The position numbers and the translations under genes were made by a program. Shown here piece by piece: positions 1 to 12,234 of a stretch of 64,000 nt of DNA (position 1 is the stretch's first letter; each line of letters opens with the position of its first letter). This DNA is from Eledone cirrhosa. Lineage: Eukaryota. The stretch covers positions 114,142,001-114,206,000 of the forward strand of contig OZ024740.1 of NCBI GenBank assembly GCA_964016885.1, read 5' to 3'. Below the pieces are notes generated by a model. The model saw nothing but the letters and a program-made list of their open reading frames with translations, made no database searches and was not told the origin of the DNA.

Positions 1-44
1 TTAAGGATGAAAGGCAAAGTTAACCTCGGCGGGATTTGAACTCA
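1..44 (-). mobile_element. tRNA-derived SINE fragment cut by the window edge
   Basis: aaggatgaaaggcaaagttaacctcggcgggatttgaactca matches the SINE copies at 23516-23698 and 25008-25362; contains the B-box on the minus strand. Confidence 0.8.
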
Positions 45-269
45 TGTGTACAATAATGACAGGCTTATACTGTTGGCAAAAGAAGGCTTGACTATCTGAT
101 GCGATAGTGGATAGCTATAAATACACCAATTTATTAATGTTTCTTACTGGTTTAGTTTGTGAGAAACCAAATCATCCTGAGGTTTGTTACTCAGAATTAC
201 ATTTACACTCATACGAAAACAAACACACTCACAATAACCGATTTTCTTCCCCTTGCTCTCTCTCTGTAC

Positions 270-351
270 CTATCTATCTATCTATCCATCTATATATCTA
301 TATATCTATCTATCTATCCATCTATATATCTATCTATCTATCTATCTATTT

Positions 352-385
<34 letters not shown>

Positions 386-403
386 CATCTATCCATTTAT
401 CTA
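270..403. repeat. (TCTA)n microsatellite
   Basis: Direct reading. Confidence 0.95.
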
Positions 404-557
404 TGTTTACTTACAAAATGCATGTCGTTTCGGCTATAGAATACGCTCTTTAGAGAAAAGCACTTTGTATAGTGTTATGTTGAAATCTCCATTTCCACGT
501 AAAAAAATGAGATTATCTCTCTCTTACTATATATATTTATGTATAACATATATTAAA

Positions 558-749
<192 letters not shown>

Positions 750-1418
750 TATGTGGTACGTGTGTCTATATTATACAAACTCAGAAGAATGAATTCATGG
801 AAAATTATACATCCAAGAAACAATATCTAATAAGCACCACTAAACTAAATTATCTTAAACTGCATTCATTGTATCACTGTGACCAAATTATATTTCATCG
901 TAAATTTCATAAACCACAAATATGAAATAGAATATTAAATTAAATATTCACTTATTCTATCATACTCCCTAACTATCTTAACTAATAATGCTTTTTAACA
1001 TTGTTAAAAAACCCCAAAATGTTTTAGGAATGCATAATCAATGAAATAACGTGCAATGATTTACTGGTCCTTATTCTGTCGTCTCAAAAATCTATGGATG
1101 AAATTTAAAGTCATCATTAGAGAGAGCTTGTCTTAGAAACATAAATAGGCATATTAGTCTACCGCTTTAATTCGCGAATGTTCGTATTACCAAAACAGAT
1201 TCTAGATTTTCTCCTTTACTTATCATATTTCTCAGAAAAGTCTCTGCCCATCACTTTCAAACACTTTTGTAAATAATCAAGAATTTGAAGATTCCGTTAT
1301 ATAACTAATCTTCTCCTCATTCACCTGGTGTCTTGAGCATAATATGTTAAATTTCTTACTATTATGATGGATGATATATAGATATAAATACTTCAAAACA
1401 AACAATTTTTTATCATAG

Positions 1419-1635
1419 AACCACGGGGAGGTTTGCATCAAGCTTGTTAAAAGGAATACCAGAGTGAGTTGGGGGATTTATACAGGGTTGCCATCTGCAG
1501 AAAAAAATGTATAGTAAAGTCACTGCTAAGTTATTTAATGTGGAGAGCGAACATATTTATATTACTCTGATACGCATAGTAAGAAGAAAGACATGGCTGG
1601 ATAACGCTGAATGTTGCTTAAATATAACTTTCGGA
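1419..1635 (+). CDS. Candidate host exon: N-terminal half of a C-type-lectin-like domain, with a 1-nt frameshift in a G run
   Basis: Acceptor aattttttatcatag ends at 1418. Adding one G to the GGGGG run (1471-1475) gives NHGEVCIKLVKRNTRVSWGGFIQGCHLQKKMYSKVTAKLFNVESEHIYITLIRIVRRKTWLD, with CTL-like C..W-x6-C spacing and a downstream W. Donor uncertain (gtaaga at 1579 or gtaatt at 1636). Confidence 0.4.
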
Positions 1636-1837
1636 GTAATTTCCCTGATTTTCATAAAGTTAATGTTTTCTCTCCTCACCATGTGTGTACATTTATTCAA
1701 ATATAACCTTCCAGCTCTCTACAGCATATAGGGCAGTATCAATGTTACTATTTATTTTTAAAAAAACGACGTAACTCATTCTATGGCAAGTAGCCTAGGA
1801 CATCTTAGCGAGCTGAAAAGTGCACCTCAAGATGTGT

Positions 1838-1895
1838 CATGCTAGAAAGAGTAGCCAAAATGTAGATAAAAATCACACACCCTACCGTCTAATAT
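1838..1895. repeat. Old interspersed repeat fragment (TGCTAGAAA...CCTACCGTCT family)
   Basis: Similar diverged segments at about 26411-26462 and 58364-58416. Confidence 0.45.
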
Positions 1896-1952
1896 AGAAA
1901 TTAAAGAATAATATTGTAAACAATGTAGTTCTTGATATACAAATCGTAAATC

Positions 1953-1963
1953 TGCTGCTCTTC

Positions 1964-2041
<78 letters not shown>

Positions 2042-2098
2042 TTGCCCTTCCCCTTTGTCCCCCTCCTCCTCCCCCTCCTCATCATCCTCCTCCTCTTC

Positions 2099-2130
<32 letters not shown>

Positions 2131-2134
2131 GCTA
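1953..2134. repeat. (CTA)n/(CTG)n/(CCT)n trinucleotide tract
   Basis: Direct reading. Confidence 0.9.
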
Positions 2135-2241
2135 TAAGAATATTAATGTAAGCAACTAAAAACAACGCCAGAATGAGTTGATAATACTGAAATCAAACAC
2201 ATAAATCCATATATATATACATACATGCAGGCATGCGTGCA

Positions 2242-2330
<89 letters not shown>

Positions 2331-2745
2331 GCATGCACACATACATAATTATATACGTACATCCTTGCAAACAGTAATAAAAAAATCGTAAAAGACGTAT
2401 AGAAGTTTCAGTATGTGAATTATCTCCCTTTTCGGGTTTTATTATCACCACAATGAATACTTTGCTAGCCTTAAAGTTGTGTTGAAACGAAAGAAAGGAG
2501 ATAAGAAGGAAAAACAGAAAATACAGAAAACCCGATTAGAATGGTGCTTACATTATTACAGTTAATATTTAAACAAACAAAAATGAGATAGGGATAGAGC
2601 GAAAGTGAAAAAATAAAATCATATCGAGGATGTTGTAAAGTGTTCTAAGGCAAACATGCGTTTAGCACCTTTGCAGAATTTTATATAAATTATATACAGA
2701 GGATAAAATATATATACAGTACATACACAGTATATACACCCACGA

Positions 2746-2845
<100 letters not shown>

Positions 2846-3250
2846 ACACACACAAACATACACCACAAACATACACACACATACACACACACAAATATAG
2901 ACACACACAAACACACACACATACACACACACAGGAAGACACACACACACACAATCACACAATCATGCGTCCCTGTGTGCGCATATGAAAAAATACAAAT
3001 ATACATAAATATAGATGCCCACACAAACATTATTTTCTAGACATTGATGTATTGGAAGGAAATATCTTATCTTTTGCACTTGGCTTTACAAAGCGGATCA
3101 GATTGAAACATTCCATCTTTTTACCCGCCACCAGATGTTATACATATCGACACAACAGAATATACTGAGATGAAACACTGAGATAACGGCGAAATCAGAC
3201 TCATTACATCGTACACGGCTTATATTTCACAAACACACACACAGGTACAA

Positions 3251-3355
<105 letters not shown>

Positions 3356-3360
3356 GATAT

Positions 3361-6300
3361 CTTTCATTATTTGCCACAGGGGCGTACAAGAAATGGGTCA
3401 TTACAAGTGACGGTGGGGGGTTCACATAAAAATTGTGTAAACTTTAACATTAATAAATCACAATAAACTATATATAAAAATAAAATAACAATCGAAATCC
3501 TAAACAGCGGGGAACGTTACTGCGGCTTTGTTTTTACACTCCGTAGATAGAACAACCCTCAACACCAAGAGCACGTTTTGTAAGTCTTCCCCTCTGCCTC
3601 CTTTTGTCCTCCCCAACCTACAGGTTTGCATACAGAGAAGGCCAATTCACGCGGGCCATTTTCATCACATTCACCCACCTTTTTAGCGAATTTATAGGGT
3701 GCAGCACCTCTCTCTCTACTCTCACCTTCCTTCTGAAGTGTTAAATAAGGGGATGAGTTGTCATGTGGAGTTGTTGAGTCGAAGGTGTTTGCCCTCCATA
3801 TTACCTCGTTCGTCATAGCCACCAAACAGAGGAAAACCGCCTCTCCTTCATTCTTAAATGAAGTCGGTCACCCCTGGGCACTGAACAATTGCGTGCAGAA
3901 CGGTTTCAATGTCCTGCTCGCATCTTGGACAGGTCCTTTTGGCAGGATACCTGACAGGGCGTCTGTGCCTGTAGATTGTGTCTCGAACTGGTAGAGCTCC
4001 TCGGTAGCTATGAATCCAGAAACCTCTGGAAGTTATCCATAGGCCCTGGATGGAATGTCATCCCGAACAGACTGGCCAGTTCGTCCTCGTCGATACTCAG
4101 TGTCTCCCCGAGAACTTCGTCGGAACTGTCCTCCCCTAACCCCTATAGAATGTAACGTGGAGTCTCCACTGATTGCCGTCTCCACTTGGTAGAGGGCTGT
4201 GAGCGCCCATTTCGATCTTCGCTTGACTCAGGAATGCAGCTCCGTTGATGAGTCGAGTTGTGGAAAAGCTCTTCTCACAAACGACAACCACACCAGTTTA
4301 CCGGTCAGGAATGTCTGGAGATAGCGTAGCCTCAGGACCTGTTTGCGCATCATCAACTACGGCATGCCTAGCGCTCCGTTAAAAGGGAGTTGGCGTCAGA
4401 TGGATCTCCTCACTAATGGAGCCTATTTCTTCCAAAAGGACTTGAAGAGTAGACTTTCCATTTTGGTGAGGTGATCTTGGGGACAAGCATGATCGTCAAA
4501 TGGTAGTAGATGACGGACGCTATGTAATTATTCACCAACTCCGCTCGACCTTTCAAGGAGAGTTTGCACTCAGCCCTCTTCTGGCTGAGCACAAATACAT
4601 TCGTCGTGACCTCGTTCCAGTTTTTGTCCACCTGGAAGTCTGGACGAAACCGGACCTCGAGCAATTTCACCGGTCCTTCCGTCCAGCGTCCAACGACACT
4701 GTCGGACGGCATGGGTTTGCCTCTCCATGTGCCGAGTTGCAAACTGACAGAATTGTTCAGGTTTAGTTTTGCTCCTGTCAACGTTTCATATTCATGTAAT
4801 AATTTGCGATTACCCCGATTTCCGAGGTTTTCGACACCATTAAGGTCACATCGTAGGCTCAGGCCGGCGCTGATTTTCGCAGTCCTGGTTCCATTGGGGT
4901 GCTCTGCAACAGCTCCAACTCCTGCAGTACTGGCTCCAGAGTCAGCACATACAGAATGGAGGAGAGGGCATCCTTGGCGGATGTATTGAATGAGATGTAA
5001 TTTGTCGTGTATGGAACTGGTCGGATTGCACACCAGCTTCTCGACGACGAGCGCCAGCGTCGTTGCTACCACCTTCGCCAAAATCCTCAACTCTGTGTTG
5101 AGCAGAGTTATGGGCCTGAAATTGCTTATGATGTCACCTTTGTTCTCATCTTTCTTAATCAGCGTTACTACGCTTATGCTTACAGAAGTTGAGAAATTCT
5201 ACCGTTCTGTTGCCAGGTCCAGTAGACCACTTCGAAGATGTTAGAGAACAAGTCTGGTATGCCTATGTAAAATTCATATGGACCATACAAACCGGGTGAT
5301 TTGCGTTTCCCACAGTGGCCTAGGGCGTCTCCTATTTCGCCCGCCGTGATTGTCCTTTCGCAGCTCTCCACATCCGTGTTCGAGATTCGCGGTAGGCCGT
5401 CGAGTTAGGAACTGAAGTTCGTCACCCCGTTTGATACCCCCTTCTGCCCGAACAGTTATGCAAAGTGCTGCTGGAAGGCCGTGCACATCTGCTCTGCTTG
5501 TATTAGAGTAGTACGCGTCCGTCTTGGTTTTCTAAAGACCGAATTGTGAATTTGTTGCCACTTTTCGCCTCTGCCACTCGGACCCAGCTAACAGCTTTCG
5601 CTCTGTCGTTTCTCAGAGCACATGTTCTATTTCTGGCAATACAACATTCGTGTTTCACGTTGAAGAACTAGACTAGTGCCATCTTCACCGCTAGCACGTC
5701 AGCTGTACTGCCACTCCTAAGTGCCTCTTCGACCTTGGCTACCAATTCCTTTTGTTTTGTTCTTTTCTAAATCTAATTCCTTACTAAAGAATATTGATTC
5801 TACTCTCTTGAGAAAGCACCATCATTTGTTGTTGATGTGGCCCCCGTCAAATGGCGTTTAACTAAAGTGACAATCCGCTTACTGCAGGCTTTACGCGTCG
5901 GAACGACATGTTCAGCTTCCAGTATCCGCGCTCCTATTTATGTGTACTATCAAGGTTCACTATGCAGGTTACTAGTTTGTGGCCTGAATAGGCAACCATG
6001 TGCATTTGTGGACAGCTTAATGTTCCCCTATTGTTTTGTCTAATTGGAAATCTATCTAAATACAATCTAGAAAACCCAATGTGGTTGCTCCACGTCCACA
6101 GTGGTACACTTTGGAAATCTAGTCGATATCTATCAGGCAGTTGGAATTGGCTGATAAGATTTTTGAGGTTATTACACTCCACTCCACTATCACTTGTCCC
6201 TACATAATCCCAACGTGCTTCCAAGATACCATTCCAGAACCCTGCTAACAGTAAAGAGCGAGAGATTCCCAGGAAAGATTCTAGGGGCTTAAAGAACTCC

Positions 6301-8240
6301 GCCCTTGATGTCTCAGTCAGGGCATAAATGCCCACCAGTCTGAAAGCTCCAATTTCACTGCCATTCAAGTCTAGTACCACCAACTTGCCCTCGGGATTCC
6401 AAGAAGATTGTCTGTATTTCGAGGTCCAGGTTTTTCCGAAACAGTACAGCAAATCCTCCTCCACCTTCCGGCTAACAAAGAGGTGCATAGATATCAAAGT
6501 CGTCGAGTATGGGTGGTTAACTGGTGTTTGTCATTAATTCTGGACTCACTGACAGCTCTCACATCTATACGGTGTGACTTGAGGTCATTTAAAAAATGGC
6601 CTTGTTTCCACGGTAACCCCAGGCCACGCACATTCAGACATCATACTCGTAAATTTGCCATGACGCTTGAAAAAAGATTGGGAGAAAAAAAGTAACGCCA
6701 ACATTTTTGTCTTCTGGAGGTCGGGTTGCTCGATCTCCATGTCCAGTCTGGGGGTGCTTGGGGAGGGAGGGAATCCGTCTAACTCATGGTTTCTTTTTGT
6801 AGGGTTGTGACCCTGATTAGTTTCAAGATTGTGGGAGGGTCATTGTTTGGGAAAGTTTTCAATTCTGTTTGGATAGTGGGGTCCTTTTGGACAGACTCTA
6901 CTAGTTTTCTGTTCGTGCTTGTTATGTATGTGTAGTGTGTTTTTTTTTTCATGTGTGCTCTTTCTATTTTAACTTTTCCTTTTTGGGGTTGAGGTTTGTG
7001 ATTGTGGTGGTATGGGCGTTTGTTTTGTTCACTAAGTGTTTGTTTGTGGAGATGGTGATTGTGTTGGTGTGGTTGTCGTTTGTGGTGGTGTGTTTATGTG
7101 GGTGTTTGGTGTGTGCGTGTTTTCTGTGGATGTTTCTGTTTTTGTTTTTATTTATTTGTCTTTTGTGTTTCTTTGATTTTTGGGGATCCCTTTCATCCTC
7201 ACTTGGAGATGTAGAGATTCCCGTGCCTGAGACTTCTGAATCATGGGTAGATGGAGGGGTATGTTGTGTGCAGGTTTTGTGTGGAGCTTTTGTGCAGGTG
7301 TTTGTGGAAGTATTTGACAGAGAGGGGGGAGACAAGGGAAGGTTTTTCAGTAGGGTTTTTTTGTTAATTGTCGTCTTTTGTCTGTGGTGGTGTGGGAGTG
7401 GATTTTGGGAGTTTTTGTGTTTTGTTTATTTGTATTGTTGTGTTTGGTTTCGGTAGTTGATGTTGGGTTTTGGTGTTGCACATTGTTTGTTCTTGGTTTC
7501 TTTAAGAGAGGGAAAAAGCTTTTAAGTGTGCTTTTTCAACACTTATGGCACTAACAACTTTTCCCCTCCACTAAAACGGAGATGACATCATCCTCAAGAG
7601 TGATCCCGTCCGGGATTTTCCCAACTCTCTCTATTCCGGTCTGTCCTGTCTAGAGATAGGAAGGTGTCCTCACCCTTTTTCAAGATGCAGTGTAAGATCC
7701 ACGATATGTTGACCTCTGCTGGGATTTTTGTTATTTTTATTTTATAGGTTCTTCTTCCCATGTATGTATGGAAGACTTGTTGACCAGTTTTTATTATGTG
7801 AACCGAGTGCTTTTGGGCCAGGGTTTCGCCCTTAAAGAGCACTAATATATTGTGTGTCTCTCTGGGGGTATGCCAAATCTGGCATGATGTATTTCAACTC
7901 GGCCTCAATTGTACTTGTTGGAAGTGTCAGGGATTTTTTTGTATTTATATCAACTGTTCTGTAGATAAGATTTTTTCTCTTATTTGTGGAGGTATGTGAA
8001 TGTGTGGGTGTCTCCCTCAAACGTGACATAGTTGGAAATTTCTTCAAAATATTGGGAAATATCCATAGGATAATACTGAAGTTCATGTTGCTGCAAAATA
8101 AATTTTATTATTGCTGTTGTTTGTGGTGGTGATGGACGTGATCATTGTGTTGTTATTATTGTTGGCTGTGATGGTCTCGTTCATCGTGCTGTTGCTCATT
8201 CTTTTTTATTGTATTACTGTTGTTGTTCTAGTTCATTGCT

Positions 8241-8271
<31 letters not shown>

Positions 8272-8640
8272 GGTGGTGGTGGTGGTGGTGGTGGTGGTGG
8301 TGGCTGTGCTGTTTTTGTTGATATTTGTAACACATTCTTCCTTCTGTGTGTGGATATGTGTGTCGTTTGTTTGTGTCCAGTTTGTTGTGACGTCCCCACT
8401 GTTTAATTGCTTGGAAGTAGGGAAATAAATGTGTCCCTCTTCTAACTGTTGAGGTAGGTGTGTTGGCATTTGATTGTCCACAGCTGGTACTATCAGAGGA
8501 GTAGGATGCTGTTGTAATAAGCTTGATTTCCATTTACCATGTTGCTGTGTTGACAAGTTACACAAGAAAAAAGATACCGTTTCTTCGACCATTTTTAAAA
8601 ATTCTAACTTTTGCAAATTCTTTTCGATAATATGATTATT
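3361..8640 (-). mobile_element. Decayed Tx1/L1-clade LINE (ORF1 + ORF2)
   Basis: Collinear with the + strand element at 17050-22760. Asn/Thr-rich ORF1 pieces 6960-8540; APE endonuclease 5934-6661; RT pieces (KSPGL, PITLLNTELRILAKV, IRQGCPL, LGTWRGKPMP). 3' end gtggcaaataatgaaag abuts (TC)n(TA)n. 5' UTR may extend to about 9075. Confidence 0.9.
3618..6661 (-). pseudogene. Tx1 ORF2 (APE endonuclease + reverse transcriptase), multiply disrupted
   Basis: Starts MANLRV*CLNVRGL at 6661 and ends at TAG 3618, homologous to 19077-22526. Many stops, frameshifts and deletions; the YADD motif reads A*AYDV at 4849-4866. Confidence 0.85.
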
Positions 8641-8776
8641 ATTTTGCCCTAAAGTGCAGGATAATTTGAGATACTGACCAGATCAAAATGTGACGTATAA
8701 ATTGAAGTAAAAATGAATGTACAGATCGACAAATTTCTAGAGAAATTGAAACAGAACCTACCGAGAAAGTTTTAGC

Positions 8777-8912
8777 TGGATAGATAGATGGATGGATAGA
8801 TAGATGGATGGATGAATAGATAGATAGATAGAAAGATAGATAGATGGATAGACAGAGTGATTGATGGATAGATCATCGTTAGATAGATTGATAGATATAT
8901 AGAGATATATAT
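8777..8912. repeat. (GATA)n/(GGAT)n microsatellite
   Basis: Direct reading. Confidence 0.9.
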
Positions 8913-9510
8913 AGAGAGAGAGGGGTGAGAGCGAGAGACTAGGTTAAGTTAGGCTAGGTAGCGATTTAAAACGGCTGTCAGTTAAATTTACTGAGTGTTT
9001 ACCGTTATTTAAAATGTGAACGCAGACTGCGAGAACAACTATGACAGGGATCTTACCCGAGACACTGACTGAGCCAATTCACTCCCCTCTACATTAATAA
9101 TTTATTTAACCCAAGAAGTGTGAATGAGTAGATAAAACTTATATTTCAACCCAATGACCTGGAATAGATATCGCAAGGCAGTACACTAAAGTTTCTGTCA
9201 GGTCACGGCCTTTCGTTCTCATCGCTTAGAAGAAATATTGTCTTCAGGAATGTCCAAGAATATTGAATGACACGAATCATAGTTTAAGTATACAATGAGT
9301 AGTCATCCATCCATAGAGGGATACACCTAATGTTGTAAAGTTAATTAAATGACTCAATATTATGGAATCCAAATCAATGAGAATGAAGTAATCCCGCTAG
9401 AACCAGTTCAGTAACTATTTCTCATTTGAACTATATACAACCTCTTAATAATCAATTGTCACATGGTAACATTTACTAGGTCGGGCTGCTTTAACCTGAA
9501 AATGAATGTT

Positions 9511-9544
<34 letters not shown>

Positions 9545-9980
9545 TACAGGTCAAACGAAGATTAAGCATTAACTAATAGCGTTTTGAAGAGAACTTGCTG
9601 AATTCTATAATGATTTTATTACATCACACCACATGGAAATAGACGGATAACGTTGGCATTAATAATTTCGCCATTTATGATGAAATCCCTGTTCTCTTGT
9701 GAGGAGAGAATGTTTCGTATCGTTTTATACTGTTAAGGTTATTCCATTATAAAGGAGACAGTAACAAATATCTGTAAATTTCTTCGGATATATATAATAG
9801 GAAAATATAATGGAATGATTGTCACGTGCAATATATTGATGTAATCGGGCTAAAACTATCAGTCTAAATATGGCACACTTGAAATTTAGGATTGGATTAC
9901 ATTCCTTATTTCCTTCGTGGCTTATTATATGCTGAGTAAATTTTATCGTCGATGATTATAGTGTCATCACATGAGCTATA

Positions 9981-10019
9981 TACAGTAAACCCTCGGTTTA
10001 CCGAATCCAGATTTAACGG
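9981..10019 (+). mobile_element. Possible pogo/Tigger-type DNA transposon terminus
   Basis: TA-CAGTAAACCCTCGGTTTACCG resembles pogo/Tigger TIR starts; related motif cgatttaccgga at 10593. The other end was not found. Confidence 0.35.
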
Positions 10020-10443
10020 TAATAATTGTTTCTACTTTTGGCACAAGGCCAGCAATTACCCACGGTAATAATAATAATAATAATTTGGTGGAGGGAAAGT
10101 TGATTAAATCGAATGGTACTTTATGTTATAGACCTAGTAAGGATGAAAGGCAAAGCTAACCTCGGTAGGATTTGAACTCGGAATGTAAAGGGCAGTTATA
10201 ATAATTGTTTCTACTTTTGGCACAAGGCCAGCAATTACCCAGTGCATTGCTGGTACTTTAGGGCAGTTATAATAATGATTTTTAGTATAGGCACAAGGTA
10301 ATTTTGTGGGAGGGGAAAGTCGATTAAATCGACCACAGTACGTTCCTGGTGCTTTATTTTATCGGCCCCGTAAGGATGAAAGGCAGATCTAACGTCGGCA
10401 GCATTTGAATTCAGATTGTAAAGGACAGTAATAATAATAATAA
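10020..10443 (-). mobile_element. Cluster of about 4 nested or tandem SINE pieces
   Basis: Repeated ataattgtttctacttttggcacaaggccagcaatt tails and aggatgaaaggcaaag...tttgaactc bodies. Confidence 0.85.
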
Positions 10444-10755
10444 AAGACTCTATAGTCACTACAGTCAGGATGACATTCTCTTCTACCATATCACCAAAAG
10501 TAAACAAAACATACATTCTATGATATAACTAAACAATTTGCAATTTTGCACTCGCATTTTATTAAATCATGGTTTAATCCTTGGTTTAAATTCGATTTAC
10601 CGGACTTTCCACATTATCAGACGAAAATTTCTCATATCATTCAGTTTCATCAACGATTTATTGTGCATAATGCATGAAATAAACGCCAGCAATGTGTTTG
10701 ACTAGATAGATATGCAGATCTCTGTTAGTTGTATATAACTGTGTGCATATATATT

Positions 10756-10810
<55 letters not shown>

Positions 10811-10842
10811 TAAGAACAAAAGATGGTTAAAAGAGTTACATG

Positions 10843-10913
10843 TATTTTATTATGCGCATTTCAAAAACAAATATCATCATGCAATAATATTTGTGTTTTC
10901 ATCAGATAAAACA
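10843..10913 (-). ncRNA. Minimal type I hammerhead ribozyme, intact core (PLE pseudo-LTR)
   Basis: Minus strand: TGTTTTAT-CTGATGA-[aaacacaaatattattgcatgatgatatttgttttt hairpin]-GAA-ATGCGCAT-A-ATAAAATA. Stem I pairs, stem III is palindromic, AUA cleavage triplet. Confidence 0.8.
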
Positions 10914-11081
10914 GGAAGACATGATATGAAGGTTAAAAAACACTTGTGGATAGTGCAGTTTTAAATCAACATATATATATATATATGTATATATTTATAT
11001 ATATATTGAAGAAAATGCACACAGTTATATAGAACAAACAGAGAGCTGCATATCTATCTAGTCAAACACATTGCTGGCTTT

Positions 11082-11176
<95 letters not shown>

Positions 11177-11182
11177 ATATAT

Positions 11183-11400
11183 GAAATTAGAAATATAAGC
11201 TATCGCCGTATTTTGACTAAAGAAATTATTTAGACTGATAGTGGGGTTAAGAACCCTCGGAGAAATGGAAAAAGATGAGTATTGACGTACATGTACGTTA
11301 ATACTCATCTTTTTCCATTTCTCCGAGGGCTCTTAACCCCACTATCAGTCTAAATAATTTCTTTAGTCAAAATACGGCGATAGCTTATATTTTTAATTTC
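11183..11400. repeat. Spacer-less 218-bp palindrome
   Basis: 109-bp arms centred on gtaca|tgtac (11291/11292), about 3 mismatches. Confidence 0.95.
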
Positions 11401-11458
11401 AAAACTCGCTCGCTGTTTCGAAAATATTCTTACACACACACACAAATATATATATATA

Positions 11459-12202
11459 TAGGAGGTGAGTAATATTGTAGAACAATAAAATAGTGCATAT
11501 ATCAGATAAGAAGCACTAGACAGTTATAACTGGAGTATATATAAAGAAGAAATTAAAAGATGGTTAAAAAAGTTCCATATATTTTATTATGCGTATTTCG
11601 AAAACGACATCCTCCTGGGGCAAACATTGTCTTCTCATCAAATAAAATAAGGTAAGTGTACAGTCAACATATGACAAAAATATAAGAGAAGAGAAAAAAT
11701 AGGAGAAAAGGAAAGACGGTAAAAGGAAAAAGAAATAGATGAAAGAAAAAAGAAAGAAAGAAGGAGGAGAGAGAAATAGAAAGAGAGAGATATATATACT
11801 TTTGATCGGGAACGGTGTCAAAAATGAAAAAGCAACTGTGAATAACGGCTTAAAAAATCATAATAAAAATAAATAAATAAATAAATTGATGAGGTGAATG
11901 GACTAATATTACAAATATTAGATATCTAGAATATAGAAAATGGGTATATTATTTGATATTGTGTTTGGATACTAAAAATTGGATTAAGAAGTGTAAAAAT
12001 GTATTAATAAAATCAAATTAATTAAATTAAATAAAAATTAAATTAAAAATAATTATAATAATTATAAAAAAGAGTTTTTTTTAAATAAAATAAAATAAAA
12101 TAAAATAAAATAAAATAAAATAAAATAAAATAAAATAAAATAAAATAAAATAAAATAAAATAAAATAAAATAAAATAAAATAAAATAAAAAATAAAATAA
12201 AA

Positions 12203-12234
<32 letters not shown>

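Noticed and set aside
9110-9300. PMTWNRYRKA segment resembling another CTL N-terminal exon
   Set aside because: Needs several frameshifts and stops, and has no clear splice sites.
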